Positions 50,823-64,000 of a DNA stretch of 64,000 nt are shown here, one piece after another; position 1 is the first letter of the stretch; each line of letters starts with the position of its first letter. This DNA comes from Azolla caroliniana. Its lineage: Eukaryota; Plantae; Polypodiophyta. Location: contig JBHGNT010000006.1 of the NCBI GenBank assembly GCA_043228905.1, forward strand, positions 6,634,001-6,698,000, written 5' to 3'. The notes beneath the pieces were generated by a model. That model saw only the letters and a program-made list of their open reading frames with translations. It did no database searches and was not told the origin of the DNA. A program made the position numbers and the translations under genes.

Positions 50823-52107
50823 CATGCTATGTATCTCTCTTTTGCTTCTTCTCATTGCAAGTTGTGTAAAACTATTTCTTTCCTTGGAATTAACTTGAAA
50901 TGGAAAGCATGAGGTCTTGGCAAGATAGAACATGTGTTTCGTTATTACATTGACCACACATATATGTATATCATACATGATCTATGAGTTCCGTTTTGAT
51001 TATTAGTCATTTTAATTTCATGAGAGCTAGGATAATAAAATAATAAGGCCATCACAATGTGCATTCCCATGAGTAAATCAAGGTTCTTTGTTCATTTACA
51101 TGGTGATTAGTTCTTTTCAATGGCAAATTTTGCAAAAGAATGGTGTTATGATTACACACATAAGCATATTAGAAGGAGTCAAGACAAGATTGGGGTTGTG
51201 TTATGTTGGACTTAGTATGGGATGCGCCCACAACCCACAATATTGATGTCAAGGCTGAAGACTAGTAATCACCATTAGATCAACAACGCAAGTGTGTATA
51301 GAATAGAAATGGTGACTCGTGAGTTGTGCACACATGGATTAACACTCTTGAGATCCATGTCCAAAGCATACACATCAATATGATGGCACACCAAAGGTAG
51401 TCCAACAACAATGGGCCCATTCTAGCCTTTAATCTACATAATAAATTGCATTATGTCTTATTTGTTTAATCTATTTGAAGAATGTAAACGGTTTACCCCA
51501 ACAATCTCTACGAAATGTCCGCTAAATTTGAAGACAAAAAGAGCACAAATGTTGTCATCCTCAAGACATATATAAGACGCACCTTCGAATAACATTTCAA
51601 ACTAAGCATTTCAAAACAATATGTAGATTTGTTGTAAGAGAGATGCATTTTGTAGAGCTAAAAAAATGTACACACGGGGCCGAAATCTCAGACTTTCTAG
51701 GCCCATGATTGGATCACAAATTTCTTTATACTGTAGATGACAAAATTCTAGGGATACATATTCACGTTGTATTCTCATATTTAGAAAAGGTCTAGTTCAT
51801 ATGAGATAGACTAAAAAAATCAAGTTGCACCATATCTCCCACGCATGCATCATACATATATAATACTAAGAGTAAGTTCTAACCACATGTTGTAAGGGGA
51901 GATTTTTGAATGCGGTCCCATTCGCGAGTCCTTGCTTGAGGAGAGTAGGCTATTTTGGCATCGACTTCAACAAAACTTGGACTTGTTCTATTAAATATAC
52001 AAAACCACTAAAGAGCACGTACACGCACACGCACATACACTTCCATGTATAAAATTGTTTTTCGTGACGCATTATAATTTATGGATATCACATGCACGAA
52101 CCCTCAA

Positions 52108-52434
52108 TTTGAGGTGAATACCTACAACGAATTGTTACAAATTCATAGTAATGTTCCAACGAAAAAAGCCTTAATATCTTTAAAGGGGTCTAAGGCTTGG
52201 TCGGTTCATCCATAGTTTGAGGTGAATACCTACAACAAATTGTTACAAATTCATAGTCATGTTCCAACAAAAAAAGCCTTAATATCTTTAAAGGGGTCTA
52301 AGGCTTGGTCGGCTCATCCATAGTTTGAGGTGAATACCTACAACGAATTGTTACAATTCCATAATCATGTTCCAACAAAAAAAAAGCCTTTAATATTTTT
52401 GGAGGGGTCTAAGGCTTGGTCGGCTCATCCATAG
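52108..52434. repeat. Tandem repeat, 3 x 108 bp
   Basis: tttgaggtgaatacctacaac..ggcttggtcgg(t/c)tcatccatag starts at 52108, 52216 and 52324. Confidence 0.95.
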
Positions 52435-52579
52435 TCTGGCAGCAGGCAATGGACACCACCTACTATCCTAAAGTCACATGTATATACATCTCCGAAGGAG
52501 GACATACGTTGGTCCCAACGTGCATATGCTTGTGAAGTACATACATGCAAAGATAACAATTTCAAGGTGGGACACGATG

Positions 52580-52975
<396 letters not shown>

Positions 52976-53534
52976 TATAGAAATATATACGCATACAAGA
53001 AAGCATTATTTGTCGTACGTTTGGGGGGGAGGGGGAGGGCGTTATCCATGGGCACGAAGAGCGGTTTTGGTTTTTTGCGGGGGAGAGAGCGGTTTCCGTC
53101 CGGTGGGTGGTATTGGGGTGGGTGGTTTTAGCGTTAGGAAAAGAGAGAGAGAGAGAGAGAGACGTGGGGAGGAATGTTTGAATGCACATTCTCTCTCTAG
53201 GAAGCTTCTGGACACTTCCCCTGCCTCCTGCCTTTCACCCCCCTGCCTCCTTCTCTCTCTCTCTCTCTCTCTCAGAACGGGTCCTTGACACGTCATCCTC
53301 TCCACGTCATCAACGTCCTTCTCTCATCTCTCTGATTCTTCTTCTTCTTTCTTCTTCTTCATCCTCTCTGTCTCAGAGCTCTCTGATTGATTCTGTGTTT
53401 CTCTTCATCTCTCTCTGTCTCTGTCTCTGTCTCTGTCTTTGATCCCTCCACCCGCTTCTTGCATCCACCTCTTCTTCGCTGTTCCTGGAGCGCCTCTGCA
53501 GAGATGCATTCGCTTCTCTGAGATAGATAGACAG

Positions 53535-53536
<2 letters not shown>

Positions 53537-53598
<62 letters not shown>
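53537..53598. repeat. (AG)31 microsatellite in the probable PI4K 5' leader
   Basis: Perfect AG run. Confidence 0.95.
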
Positions 53599-53601
<3 letters not shown>

Positions 53602-54177
53602 CTCTAGCTTTCTCAGAGCTGTCCGATTCCAACAAATCGAAGTTCGACATTGGCTCGACTCAACCAATTGTCACTTTGACGGTAACCAAATCCGATCAAA
53701 ATGGTAAAGCTGCGAGTATCTATAGAGTTTGCCCTGTAACAATAACCCGGAAGCCCTGAAACCCTAACCGTACACCTGAAACCCCATTATCTCTGCAATC
53801 AGAGTCAGAGAAAGTCAATTGAATGACTGGATTGATCGAGTGATTAGCAAAAATATCAGAGCAGTCAAGTTCGATCCGGGATAGAATTCGGACGGGCGGA
53901 TCTGTAGACCAAACGGGTCTGATCCAACTAATTAAACCCGTGAAGAAATCACATTCTTTCTAAGAGGCATTGAAAGACATCCATCCAAAAAATTGAAATT
54001 TGCTAACAAAGTTTTCAATCAATCAAATCCATTAGCTATTTCAAAGAACAGTCATTGGGAGTTTTCTGATTGCAGGGATCATTGGTCAGATCGGTTTATC
54101 AAATCGATCTGGTCTGATCCATTTTCACCTCTGTGTACATAAAAGCTCTTTCTTTCTCATAGAAAGTTCCAGGCACA

Positions 54178-56320
54178 ATGGCTGCATCAGGGATCCTTTT
54201 AAATCCTTCTCCTTTAGAAGATTTCGATGCAGTCGCAGCCCGGCACAATGCAATTTCATCGACCCTGAAGCCTATACAAGTGTTGATTGCGACTTTAGGG
54301 GAACAATCATCTATGGTTCCTCTAGAAGTATCAAAGTATGATACTGTAGCTTCCATCAAGATAAGAATTCAAGCTCACCGAGGATTCTTTACTGATCGGC
54401 AGAGACTTGTCTATGCGGGTAAGGAGCTCACGGAAGATGATAAGAAGCTTCGAGACTATGGAGTAAACAATGGTGATGTATTGCACTTGGTATTACGCAT
54501 GTCTGACCTTGTTTCTCTCACTATTAGAAGTGCTAATGGGAGCTCCTTTGTTTATAAAGTCATGCAAAAAGAGAATGTGAAAGAACTTGGTAAAATGCTT
54601 TCCTTAGATCAGGGGGAAGGATCATCCTTGTCCCTTAGCCTGCATGTGAATGCAATACTCAAAGGGGAGAATGTTGAGGACCTTACTGACATAAAGGAGG
54701 TTATTCTCAAAGGGGAGACTCTTCTATGCCTCAGAGTGATTAAGCCAAATGTGAGGTCAACTTCATTTGGCCGAGGTGAGGTGGAGCTTCTGGTTACCTC
54801 GAATATCAGTAGTAGTGTACTAAGCTTAGATAAGTTGCCTGATACTAGTCTGAAGGTAAGAAACTCAAATATTGATAATAATTTGGTTTTTGAAGATAGG
54901 TTGCCTGATACTATTTCAAAGGCAGATATCTTGTCTCAGAGAATAGCAAAGGTGGGGAAGTTATATGAATCTATCTCACTTGCGCAAAAAAAGGTCTCAA
55001 TAACGAGTAAAGAAGGGCATCATAGCTCAATTAGCCAGAAAGGAAGCTTATTCTGTCAACATCCTTCCTTCAAGAGCCATCCAAAGCTCTTAGTACCCAA
55101 GTATCCTATCTCGTTCGAGCTTTCTCCTCTTGTTCGAGAACTTGTAGACCATTGCAAGATGGGCTTGTATGCTGGATATTCTCCCAAGCTCACCCCGGAA
55201 GGTTCTGGAGGTGTTTATATGATGAAAGATGAGAGTGGTTTGCGCAATGTGGCAGTGTTTAAGCCTTTGGATGAAGAGCCCATGGCTGTAAATAATCCTC
55301 GGGGCTTCTTTCCATCCGATAGTGTAAAGAATGGAATTCTCAAAGAAGGGTTGAAGAAGGGAACAAGGAGTGGAGAGGGAGCCTTAAGAGAGGTAGGGGC
55401 TTATATACTCGATCATCCGATGTCAGGTCCTCGAGCGCGAACAAGGGAAGATGTGGCTAGGCGTGCAGTGGAAGGATTTGCTGGTGTTCCTCCAACTGTT
55501 ATGGCAAAATGCTATCATGAGGCATTTCATTATGCCTCTTTTGATGATCATGTGCACCTTAAGGCAGGGAAGATGGGTTCCCTTCAGAAGTTTGTTGATG
55601 CATTAAGTAGCTGTGAAGACATGGGATCCTCGAAGTTCTCGATGGCGGAGGTTCACAAGATCACAGTTCTTGATATGAGGCTAGCAAATACTGACCGAAA
55701 TGGAGGCAATATTCTTGTTTGTAAGGGATCCGATGGATTGTTGAAACTCGTTCCTATCGATCATGGCTATTGTTTACCGGAACAAGTAAGCATTTTATCT
55801 TGTTTCCATTGGATTCATATTATGATTTTTTTTTGTGAGGTTAGGTTCCATCTCAGCTTGTTTTCTTAATTTGCTAGAGATATTATTTGGACTTGCTTTT
55901 TCGTATCGTGGGTCATGATTGACAAAGCCTTGTTGTCTTGTGTAGTTTGAAGAATGCACGTTCGAATGGCTCTATTGGCCCCAAGCACAGAAACCTTATG
56001 GACCTTCTGCTGTGGAGTACATCAAATCCCTTAATGCCGATGAAGACATTGAACTCCTCCAGAGTTGTGGGTGGAATCTCCGGCCTCAATCGGCTCGTGT
56101 TCTGAGGATCTCCACAATGCTCCTCCAGAAAGGTGCTTTAGCTGGTTTAACACCATTTGAAATCGGCTCTATTATGTCCCGCGTTGAATCTCCGGATGTG
56201 AAGTCTCCTATCGAGCTCATTCTTGAAGAGGCTGAAGCCATGAATGTGAAAGAGAAAATCTTTCTCAATGTTGTCTCAGGCATGCTGGATAAGTATATTG
56301 CTTCTTTGAAGGAGCAGTGA
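54178..56320 (+). CDS. Type II phosphatidylinositol 4-kinase gamma with N-terminal ubiquitin-like domains (~660 aa)
   Basis: Exons 54178-55785 and 55946-56320 (phase-0 GT-AG intron). UBL domain (QRLVYAGKEL..LRDYGV..VLHLVLR). Kinase motifs EGSGGVY, AVFKPLDEEP, GEGALREVGAYILDH, NTDRNGGNIL and PIDHGYCLPEQ|FEECTFEWLYWPQA. Confidence 0.95.
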
Positions 56321-57003
56321 ATGCTCACAACAGAACTCTGTATAGGCTACCATAATAGTGTGTCCCGTAAATGGGGGTTTTCTCACTATTCATATTAATC
56401 CAAAGAGCTTTTGATGCTTTCTACCCCTTCATTATTATACAGAAGTAGGGGGGTACAACTTTCCATTGCTTCTAAGAAAGTTTAAAAGAATTGGATTGTG
56501 CATCAAGAGTTTAGAGAGATTTAGGTTCATTATTGACTTATCTATATCATTATATGACTATATCCTGATTCGTAACATAATCCACTTTTATAGGTCAGAC
56601 TTCCGACCAGTCGAAGTTTATCTGACCTCTTGGGTTATTACTATGGTTATCAGCGTATATATATTATATTTATGGAACTCATGCAAATAAGAAACTTGTC
56701 AAATTTAAAATCAGACTTGAATTTTTGTCTATAAGCAAACCCATTTGGGGCATGCATTTGAAGTGTTAAACTCATTGTGCAGCCTTTTTCACATGTACAA
56801 ATGATGTTTCTACTTTTAGGATTTAATATTGATTATGCAATCTTCTTACGGGTCATGCAGTTGATTTAGTTTTCATGTGCTGTAAAAACCCACATCCAAT
56901 AGAATGGAATCGGATGCTTAGAAAAGATAGATGGTTGACTTGGTTTTCAAATGCCCATGACACTGTTTGTTTTTGAGTCTGTAAAAGTGCTGGGGATTTT
57001 CAC

Positions 57004-57227
57004 TTGATCGAGAAAGAGTCACTTTGATTTGGGACACAAATGTTTAGGTAGCCTGAAAACTGAATGTAGGTACAGGGTCATCTTCAACAATGAATACATA
57101 TTTCTCTATGCATTGATCGAGAAATAGTCACTTTGATTTGGGACACAAATGTTTAGGTAGCCTGAAAACTGAATGTAGGTACAGGGTCATCTTCAACAAT
57201 GAATACATATTTCTCTATGCATTGATC
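57004..57227. repeat. Tandem duplication, 2 x 109 bp
   Basis: ttgatcgagaaa(g/t)agtcac..ctctatgca starts at 57004 and 57113, with 1 mismatch. Confidence 0.95.
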
Positions 57228-60200
57228 CAAATTGAGCAAATCTTTATGGTATGTGTAGATTTTCCTTCTTTTGTGATAATGTTTAGGTGACATTTGCATG
57301 TATTGTGTAGATTGTTTAAGTATAATGCTCAAGGCTTTGCCTACATTATTAGTGATAATAGGGAGATTGAAATGGACGGCACCTTCAGTTTTGTTTGCAC
57401 ATCTTATCTATGGAAGTCGTATAACCTCCCTAGTTTTTCATTGTGGGAGAGTGAGGGAAGCTCATCTAGGTGATTAGTAGAGTAAGTCGGTTGTTTGGGA
57501 GTCATTGAAGAATGTTCCTACCCATTCCCACCTCATGACGTTAGGGTAGGGAGAATTATGTTTTCTTAAGACATCGTGCGCTGGCACATCTGCTTTGGTG
57601 TTGCTATCGATGACTTAAGTCACACATGTGTGAAGCTTTTGGTAAGTTCTCAAGGCAAGCAAGCGTAATAACACAAAAGGAAGAGACTTGCGAGAAACAG
57701 GGCACTAAAGGCAACCCAGCATGACCAACAAAAGCTCAAATTGAATGGTTTGTCTCTCAAATCTCTCCTGTCTTTGGTAACTTTTTTCTTGATTTTGCAG
57801 TTTTAAAAATATCTTTATTTAATCTGTGTTTCATCATTTTATTTATTTTAACGTCTGTTAATTCCTAATCTTCCCCCCCCCCCCCCCTAAAGACTTTTGT
57901 CTTTATTGTGTTGATTTCCTCATGAACTTGACTAATCAAGCAATTAGGGAAACAATCACACCAATTGCCTAGAAAGTACACAAAGTACTTTTGGTTGTTT
58001 AAAAGACTTAGGATATTTTATGACCCTCTTGATTCGATGGTGGTTAGTACCATAAACCACCCATTTCCCCATTAAAAACTCCTCATCTATTGACCAATAC
58101 TTTTGTTGGCATTGGAACCTACCTCATGACAACAATCTCATGATATATTGGCTTAGAATGCATGAACACCCAAAAAATCTCACGATGGAAAACCTGGAAA
58201 CCATGATAGATATTGAGTCACAATAGTACACTTAAAACTCATGATAGACCACAACATCTGACGATTGAATTGTGAATTCACAAGACTCATGATAAGAGTA
58301 GAAATCTGAGCTCACAATAGACCAAATCTCATGATTGAATGGCAAATTCACTGGACATGGCAGTGTAGAACTTCAAGGTCGTGAATGAAGCATATCCCCC
58401 AGTCACATGATAAAACTTCAGGAACAAAAGAACTTTGAATGTCATGAAATAATCACAAAATGGATCGAACCTCTAATGCATGACACAGAGTAGCTCATGT
58501 TAGAATCCAAGTTTAATCAAACGATACAATCGTAAACTCATGAAGGTCCATGTCAATCACACAACCACCCATTAAATAAAGGAGAAAACCTTTACTTTTG
58601 AATGTCATGAAGCTTAAAACCTTCCTAGAATTTTCTAATTGCAAACCCTGCTTTTTGAATCATCCAGATCACTTGCAGCTATGACCTATTACACCATGAC
58701 AATCTAGATAAATAGATCCAAATCCAAACCTAGACCATCTGTAGAAGATGACCCAAAAAAAAGATTTTGCTAGTTGGTGATGTATTTCTGGGACAAACAA
58801 AATTAGACCTGAACCAAAGGCTGACAATGGCAGCACCTCAACCAGTTTAATCTGTAAACATGGCAGTTAATACTAACCTTCGCATCTTAGGGCACGACGG
58901 ATATGACATCTTACAAATATCTTAGGACCTGGAGCTAGAATATACAGTACCCACTCCACAGACTACTCTTCATGAACACTTATGCCTATCCCAGAGTTCT
59001 CAATAGTTCTTGAAATCTAATCTATATAGGTTCTCATGACGATAGGGACAAGAACAAGAGTTGTTGCATCCAATCCTACACTAAGAACATACACAAACAA
59101 AAAGACAACCCATTGATCCAGATAGCCACTCAAGCACAACCAATTTTGCGGCCAAATTGTCACTGCATGACCCCATGACGAGAAATTGTGGATAAAAATT
59201 GAATCTAAAACACTCGCCACCACAAGCACTGAGTCATATACATGGATTGTGTCCATATGCTGGCCGTAGTAGATGGAATGTACTCCATAGGCACAAAGTG
59301 TTGTGATGAAGACGAATCGACCATACCATGCTTCACCTCTAGTGTTCAACGTTGTGAATAGTTGTGGGAAGATCAGGAGGAAGTACACCTGATGTGACAC
59401 ATTAATTAGACCCAATATGAAAAGGTCTAATTAAGTCCAGCTTGTCAAAAGATATAAGAGTGGAGACAAGGATTTCCCAACCCTATCCCAAACCCATTGA
59501 AAGGGCCAATGCAATAAGCATGCCAAACAAGGTGAGACTGAAATCAAAGACTTATAGCCCAAGGACAAGGTGATTGACCAAAAGGGAGTAAACGTCCCAA
59601 AGCATTTCAAAACATACAATCAAGGCTGTGGAAGACCTATGAAAGAAGCTTGTGAAAGACACTAAAAATAAATGCCTTTTCAATGTTGACTTCAATCCCT
59701 CATACTTTGGAAAAAAACGGGAGTTGACTTCGTTAGAGCCATCACCCTAGCCTCGAGTCACAACCATTGATTATTGCATGGCGGAGCCAATGCCAAATCT
59801 TGTATGAAAAGTGCCTCTAGAGAAACCACCCACCCCACCGGCCACTCGTGTGGAGCCTGCACCATTGCCACTATTTTTGTTGAGATCGGCTAAGGGCATG
59901 GAATCTTGCAGGACTGATGTAATCGAGGTAAAAATATATAGCACCAAAAATGAATATGCTACAATTGATGGAAATTATTGGTATGTGCTAGATCATTTGT
60001 GGGATGAAGCTCCCATTATTATATTAAAGGACGTTTAATTGCCATTGCAGTTTTTCTTTGTACTATTTTCTCACAAAGTAGGTTAGGCATCACATGCCTA
60101 AACTATTAAATCTTCTAGTGTTTCAACTACTGCAACATGACATCTATTATGATATCATTACGGTCAAGTATTAAACACCAAAAATGCCTCCTTATTCACA

Positions 60201-60406
60201 ACAAACACAGAAGTTTTAGCTATAATATGATAAGGTGAGCAATTCAAGGATTTCATTTATCTTCTGACCTTTTATTGATCAGGAAACCAAAGTTAAACTT
60301 TATTAGATTGCGTATTTCTGAGACTTCAATGTTCATCAACATTTATAGTATCAATTATATGCTCTCATACTTGTTACTCTTATAAAGAGACTAGATTCAA
60401 AGAAAC

Positions 60407-63400
60407 CTAACTTTGAAAAGACTGAGAATTTATATTTATACAAGCAGACAATAAGTTAACATTTTTACTAGCATCTGCATCAAACAAAATACTTTTTCCT
60501 TGCTTCTTTTTGAAACTAACACATTTCAGTTTCATAGCTTCGACCTTTTCTGCATCTTTTTGCATCCCAGCAGCTATGTAGATAGTAGCCATAAGAACAT
60601 ATGGTGCAGCACAACTCCTATCTACTTGTACTGCTCGCTCAAAAGCCAATCTTGCAAGCTTCACATTTCCCCATTTTCTACAAGCCCCCAACAATGCAAG
60701 CCAAACTTCAATAAAGTCGAAAGATGACATTACCTCTATCACAGACATTGCTTTATTAAAGAGCCCAGCAAATGCAAACACCATAACCATACATGCCTGA
60801 TGCTCTAACCTTGGCATGATACTATACTTCTCGGTCATGCTTTGGAATAACATTTCTGCCTCATTATATAAGCCAGAATGACTACATGCACTTAGAACAC
60901 ATAGGAATGTGACCTCATCTGGAGTGAGACATTCACGTTGCATCTTGTCAAAACAGTTAAGTGCTTCTTGGCCTCGCCCTTCTTGGGCATACCCAGCAAT
61001 TAGTGCATTCCAAGTGACAACATTCCGGACTGGAAACTCTTTAAGCACTTGAGCAGCTTTCGTAATCATCCCGCATTTAGCATACATATCCACCAAAGCA
61101 TTTCCAAGCATAATATTCTTCACTAGCAAACCCCTCTTTACAATCTCCTCATGAATTTTTTCGCCTTTGTCTATCGCCCCTATGCTGCCACATGCCTTCA
61201 AGATGCAAATGAAAGTCACGGCATTTGCAGATATGCCCTCATTTTGCATCTTTTCATAGCATGTTAGTGCTTCATGGCCTTGCTCTTGTTGGGCATACCC
61301 TCCAATCAGAGAAGACCAAGAGACTTCATTTTGAATAGGAAGCTCTTCCATTACTTTCTGTGCTTTTACAAGAAAACCACATTTCACATACATATCCACT
61401 AAAGCATTTCCCAGCACAATTTCCTTCTCCAGCAGACCCCTACTCACAATCTCCGAATGAATTTCTTTGCCTTTGTCTACAGCTCCAATATTACCACATG
61501 CTTTCAAGATACAAATAAATGTGACTACATCTGGAGAGAGTCCCTCACTTTGCATCCATTCAAAACAGTTCAGTGCTTCACTACCTCTGTCATATTGGAC
61601 ATACCCTAAAATCAATGCATTCCATGAAATTACATCTCGAATATAAGTATATTCAAGTACTTCTAGCGCTTTTCCAAGGAAACCAGATTTGATGTACATA
61701 TCCATCAGGGCATTTCCAAGTAAACTATCTTTCTCCAACAAAAAACTAGTCACAATCATGCTCTGAATTTCTTTTCCTTTTTTTACCAATTCATTATTAC
61801 CACATGCCTTCAAGACACAAGTGAATGTGATTGTCTCTGGAGAAACAGCCTCACTTTGCATCCGCTGAAAGCAGTCTAATGCTTCATGATACTGCCCCTT
61901 TTGGGTGTAAGCTGAAATTAGTATATTCCATGAGACTCTGTCTCGAACGAGAAGCTCATTGAGAACCCCTTGTGCTTTTTCAAGCACACCACATTTGGCA
62001 TACATATCCATCAATGCATTCCCAAGTTTAATATCATTCTGCAGCAATCCTCTATTCTCAATTGCGTCATGAATTTGTTTGCCCTTGTTCACAGCTCCTG
62101 TCCTACCACAAGCCTTCAAGATGCAAATGAGGATCCCTGCATTTGAAGAAATACTGTCACCTTGCATCTGCTCGATAAAGTTCACTTCCTCATAGGCAGA
62201 TGAAGATACTATGTTTTGAATAGGAATCTCTCCAAGCACCTGTCGTGCTTTTTCAAGCTGACCACATTTCACATACATATCCACTATAGCAACACCAAGT
62301 AGCATATCCTGTTCAAGAAATCCACCACTCACAATCTTCTCATGAACTTGTATGCCCTTGGCTCTATCTCCTATATCACCACAAGCCTTCAAGATACAAT
62401 AGAAGGTGATTACATCTGGAGAGAATCCCTCACTTTGCATCTTTTCAAAACATGTTAATGCTTCACGAACTAGCCCATCTTGAACATATCCTGCAATCAG
62501 TGCAGACCACGAAATTATGTTTCGAACACGAAGCTTTCCAAACACTTCTTCTGCTTTAGCAAGCAAACCACATTTGGCATACATATCCACCAAAGCATAA
62601 CCAAGAAAATCATCCTGTGTGAGCAATCCCCTTGCCACAATCTCATCATGAAATTGCTTTCCCTTATGGACCTCTCTTGTGCTACCACAAGCCTTCAGGA
62701 TGCAAATGAAAGTGACTACATCAGGAAACAAACCTTCTTTTTGCATCTGTTCAAAACAATCCAGAGCTTCTCGACCTTGACCTAATTGCACATGCCCTGC
62801 AATTAGTGCATTCCAAGAAACTACATTTCTAATGGGAAGCTCTTCTAGTATTCTTCTTGCTCCTGCAAGCATGCCACATTGTGCATACATGTCTACCAAA
62901 GCATTCCCAAGTATGGTATCCTTCTGCAGCAAACCCCTGATGACAATCTCTGTATGGATTGCTGTACCCTTCTCTAAAGCTCTAGTGATTGTACAGGCCT
63001 TTAGGGTGCAAATGAAAGTGACCCCATCCGGAGAGATGCCCTCACTTTCCATCTGTTCAATACAGTTTAGTGCTTCATTAATGCGCCCCTTTTTGGCATA
63101 CCCTGTGAGTAATATATTCCAAGAAACTAAATCTCGAACTTCAAGCTCATCGAGCACTTGTCGTGCTGTTGTAAGCACACCACATTTGGCATACATATCC
63201 ACTAAGGCATTCCCAAGCATAGTATCTTTCAGTACCAAACCTCTACTTGCAATCTCATCATGAACTTGTCTGCCCTTATCAATAGCTTCTTCACTAGCGC
63301 AAGCCTTTAAGATGCAAATGAAAGTCACAACGTCTGGAGAAAGGCCCTCAATTTTCATTTGTTCAAAACAATTTGATGCTTTATGGCATTGTCCATGTTG

Positions 63401-64000
63401 GGCATACCCTGCAATTACAGCATTCCAGGAGGCAACATTTCGAACAAGAAGTCCTTCAAAAACCAACTGTGATTTTCCAAACATGCCACATTTGGCATAC
63501 ATATCCACCAAGGCAGTGCCAAGCACAATATCTGTCTCCAACAAGTAGCTACGCAGTTGTATAATCTCTTCATGAATGCTTTGTCCTTTTCCTATAGCTC
63601 CGACACTGCCACAAGCCTTCAAGAGATAAACGAAGGTGACTGCATCTGGGGAGAGTCCCTCATTCTGCATACATTCAAAACAATTCAGTACTTCATGATA
63701 TTCCCCATGTTGAGCATACCCTGCGATTAGTGCATTCCAGGAGATTAAGTCACGAACACTAAGGTTTTTGAGCACTTCTTTTGCTTGTACAAGATCTCCA
63801 CATCTGGCATACATATTAACCAAAGAAGTGCCAAGTATAGCATCCTTCTCCAAAATGCCCATCTTTGCAATCTTTGCATGAATTTGTTTGCCCTTGTCCA
63901 CAGCTCCTGTGATGCCACATGCTTTCAAGATGCAAGTAAAGGTGACAACATCGGGTGAACAGCCATTGCTCTGCATCCGTTGAAAACAGGTTAATGCTTC
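60407..64000 (-). CDS. Very long PLS-E class PPR protein (5' end outside window)
   Basis: The frame stays open to the window edge, with at least ten P-L-S units plus P2-L2-S2-E1-E2. It ends in a degenerate PG-box/E+ start (KKKQGKSILFDADASKNV); no DYW. Confidence 0.93.
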   Translation of the reverse strand, partial: EALTCFQRMQSNGCSPDVVTFTCILKACGITGAVDKGKQIHAKIAKMGILEKDAILGTSLVNMYARCGDLVQAKEVLKNLSVRDLISWNALIAGYAQHGEYHEVLNCFECMQNEGLSPDAVTFVYLLKACGSVGAIGKGQSIHEEIIQLRSYLLETDIVLGTALVDMYAKCGMFGKSQLVFEGLLVRNVASWNAVIAGYAQHGQCHKASNCFEQMKIEGLSPDVVTFICILKACASEEAIDKGRQVHDEIASRGLVLKDTMLGNALVDMYAKCGVLTTARQVLDELEVRDLVSWNILLTGYAKKGRINEALNCIEQMESEGISPDGVTFICTLKACTITRALEKGTAIHTEIVIRGLLQKDTILGNALVDMYAQCGMLAGARRILEELPIRNVVSWNALIAGHVQLGQGREALDCFEQMQKEGLFPDVVTFICILKACGSTREVHKGKQFHDEIVARGLLTQDDFLGYALVDMYAKCGLLAKAEEVFGKLRVRNIISWSALIAGYVQDGLVREALTCFEKMQSEGFSPDVITFYCILKACGDIGDRAKGIQVHEKIVSGGFLEQDMLLGVAIVDMYVKCGQLEKARQVLGEIPIQNIVSSSAYEEVNFIEQMQGDSISSNAGILICILKACGRTGAVNKGKQIHDAIENRGLLQNDIKLGNALMDMYAKCGVLEKAQGVLNELLVRDRVSWNILISAYTQKGQYHEALDCFQRMQSEAVSPETITFTCVLKACGNNELVKKGKEIQSMIVTSFLLEKDSLLGNALMDMYIKSGFLGKALEVLEYTYIRDVISWNALILGYVQYDRGSEALNCFEWMQSEGLSPDVVTFICILKACGNIGAVDKGKEIHSEIVSRGLLEKEIVLGNALVDMYVKCGFLVKAQKVMEELPIQNEVSWSSLIGGYAQQEQGHEALTCYEKMQNEGISANAVTFICILKACGSIGAIDKGEKIHEEIVKRGLLVKNIMLGNALVDMYAKCGMITKAAQVLKEFPVRNVVTWNALIAGYAQEGRGQEALNCFDKMQRECLTPDEVTFLCVLSACSHSGLYNEAEMLFQSMTEKYSIMPRLEHQACMVMVFAFAGLFNKAMSVIEVMSSFDFIEVWLALLGACRKWGNVKLARLAFERAVQVDRSCAAPYVLMATIYIAAGMQKDAEKVEAMKLKCVSFKKKQGKSILFDADASKNVNLLSACININSQSFQS

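Noticed and set aside
57900-60040. Decayed LTR-retrotransposon sequence (similar impressions at 9500-10900, 16900-18100 and 30300-32300)
   Set aside because: Probably old TE debris, but I could not read a diagnostic motif, LTR pair or TSD with confidence.

Overview
This is eukaryotic nuclear DNA from a seed-free land plant, most likely a fern (inference from fern-type PLS-PPR genes, a flagellar gene, and short introns at fairly high gene density). It contains a partial multi-exon CFAP206-like ciliary gene, a WPP-domain-associated (WAP) coiled-coil gene, six PLS-class PPR genes (one cut by the window end), a BTB/POZ-NPH3 gene, a nuclear tRNA-Pro(TGG), and a ubiquitin-like-domain type II PI4-kinase gamma. 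Repeats include two copies of a hAT-type MITE with 8-bp TSDs, a decayed LINE and several short tandem arrays. The main observation, missed by the ORF track: once spliced, the PPR gene at 35085-37446 begins with a complete OSB-type 'PDF' single-stranded-DNA-binding motif. Two paralogues carry decayed remnants of that motif. None of the six PPR genes has a DYW domain, and the E/E+ region is eroding in several copies. This points to a fast-turnover family of PDF-PPR fusion proteins. All family assignments come from recognising motifs by eye; no searches were run.
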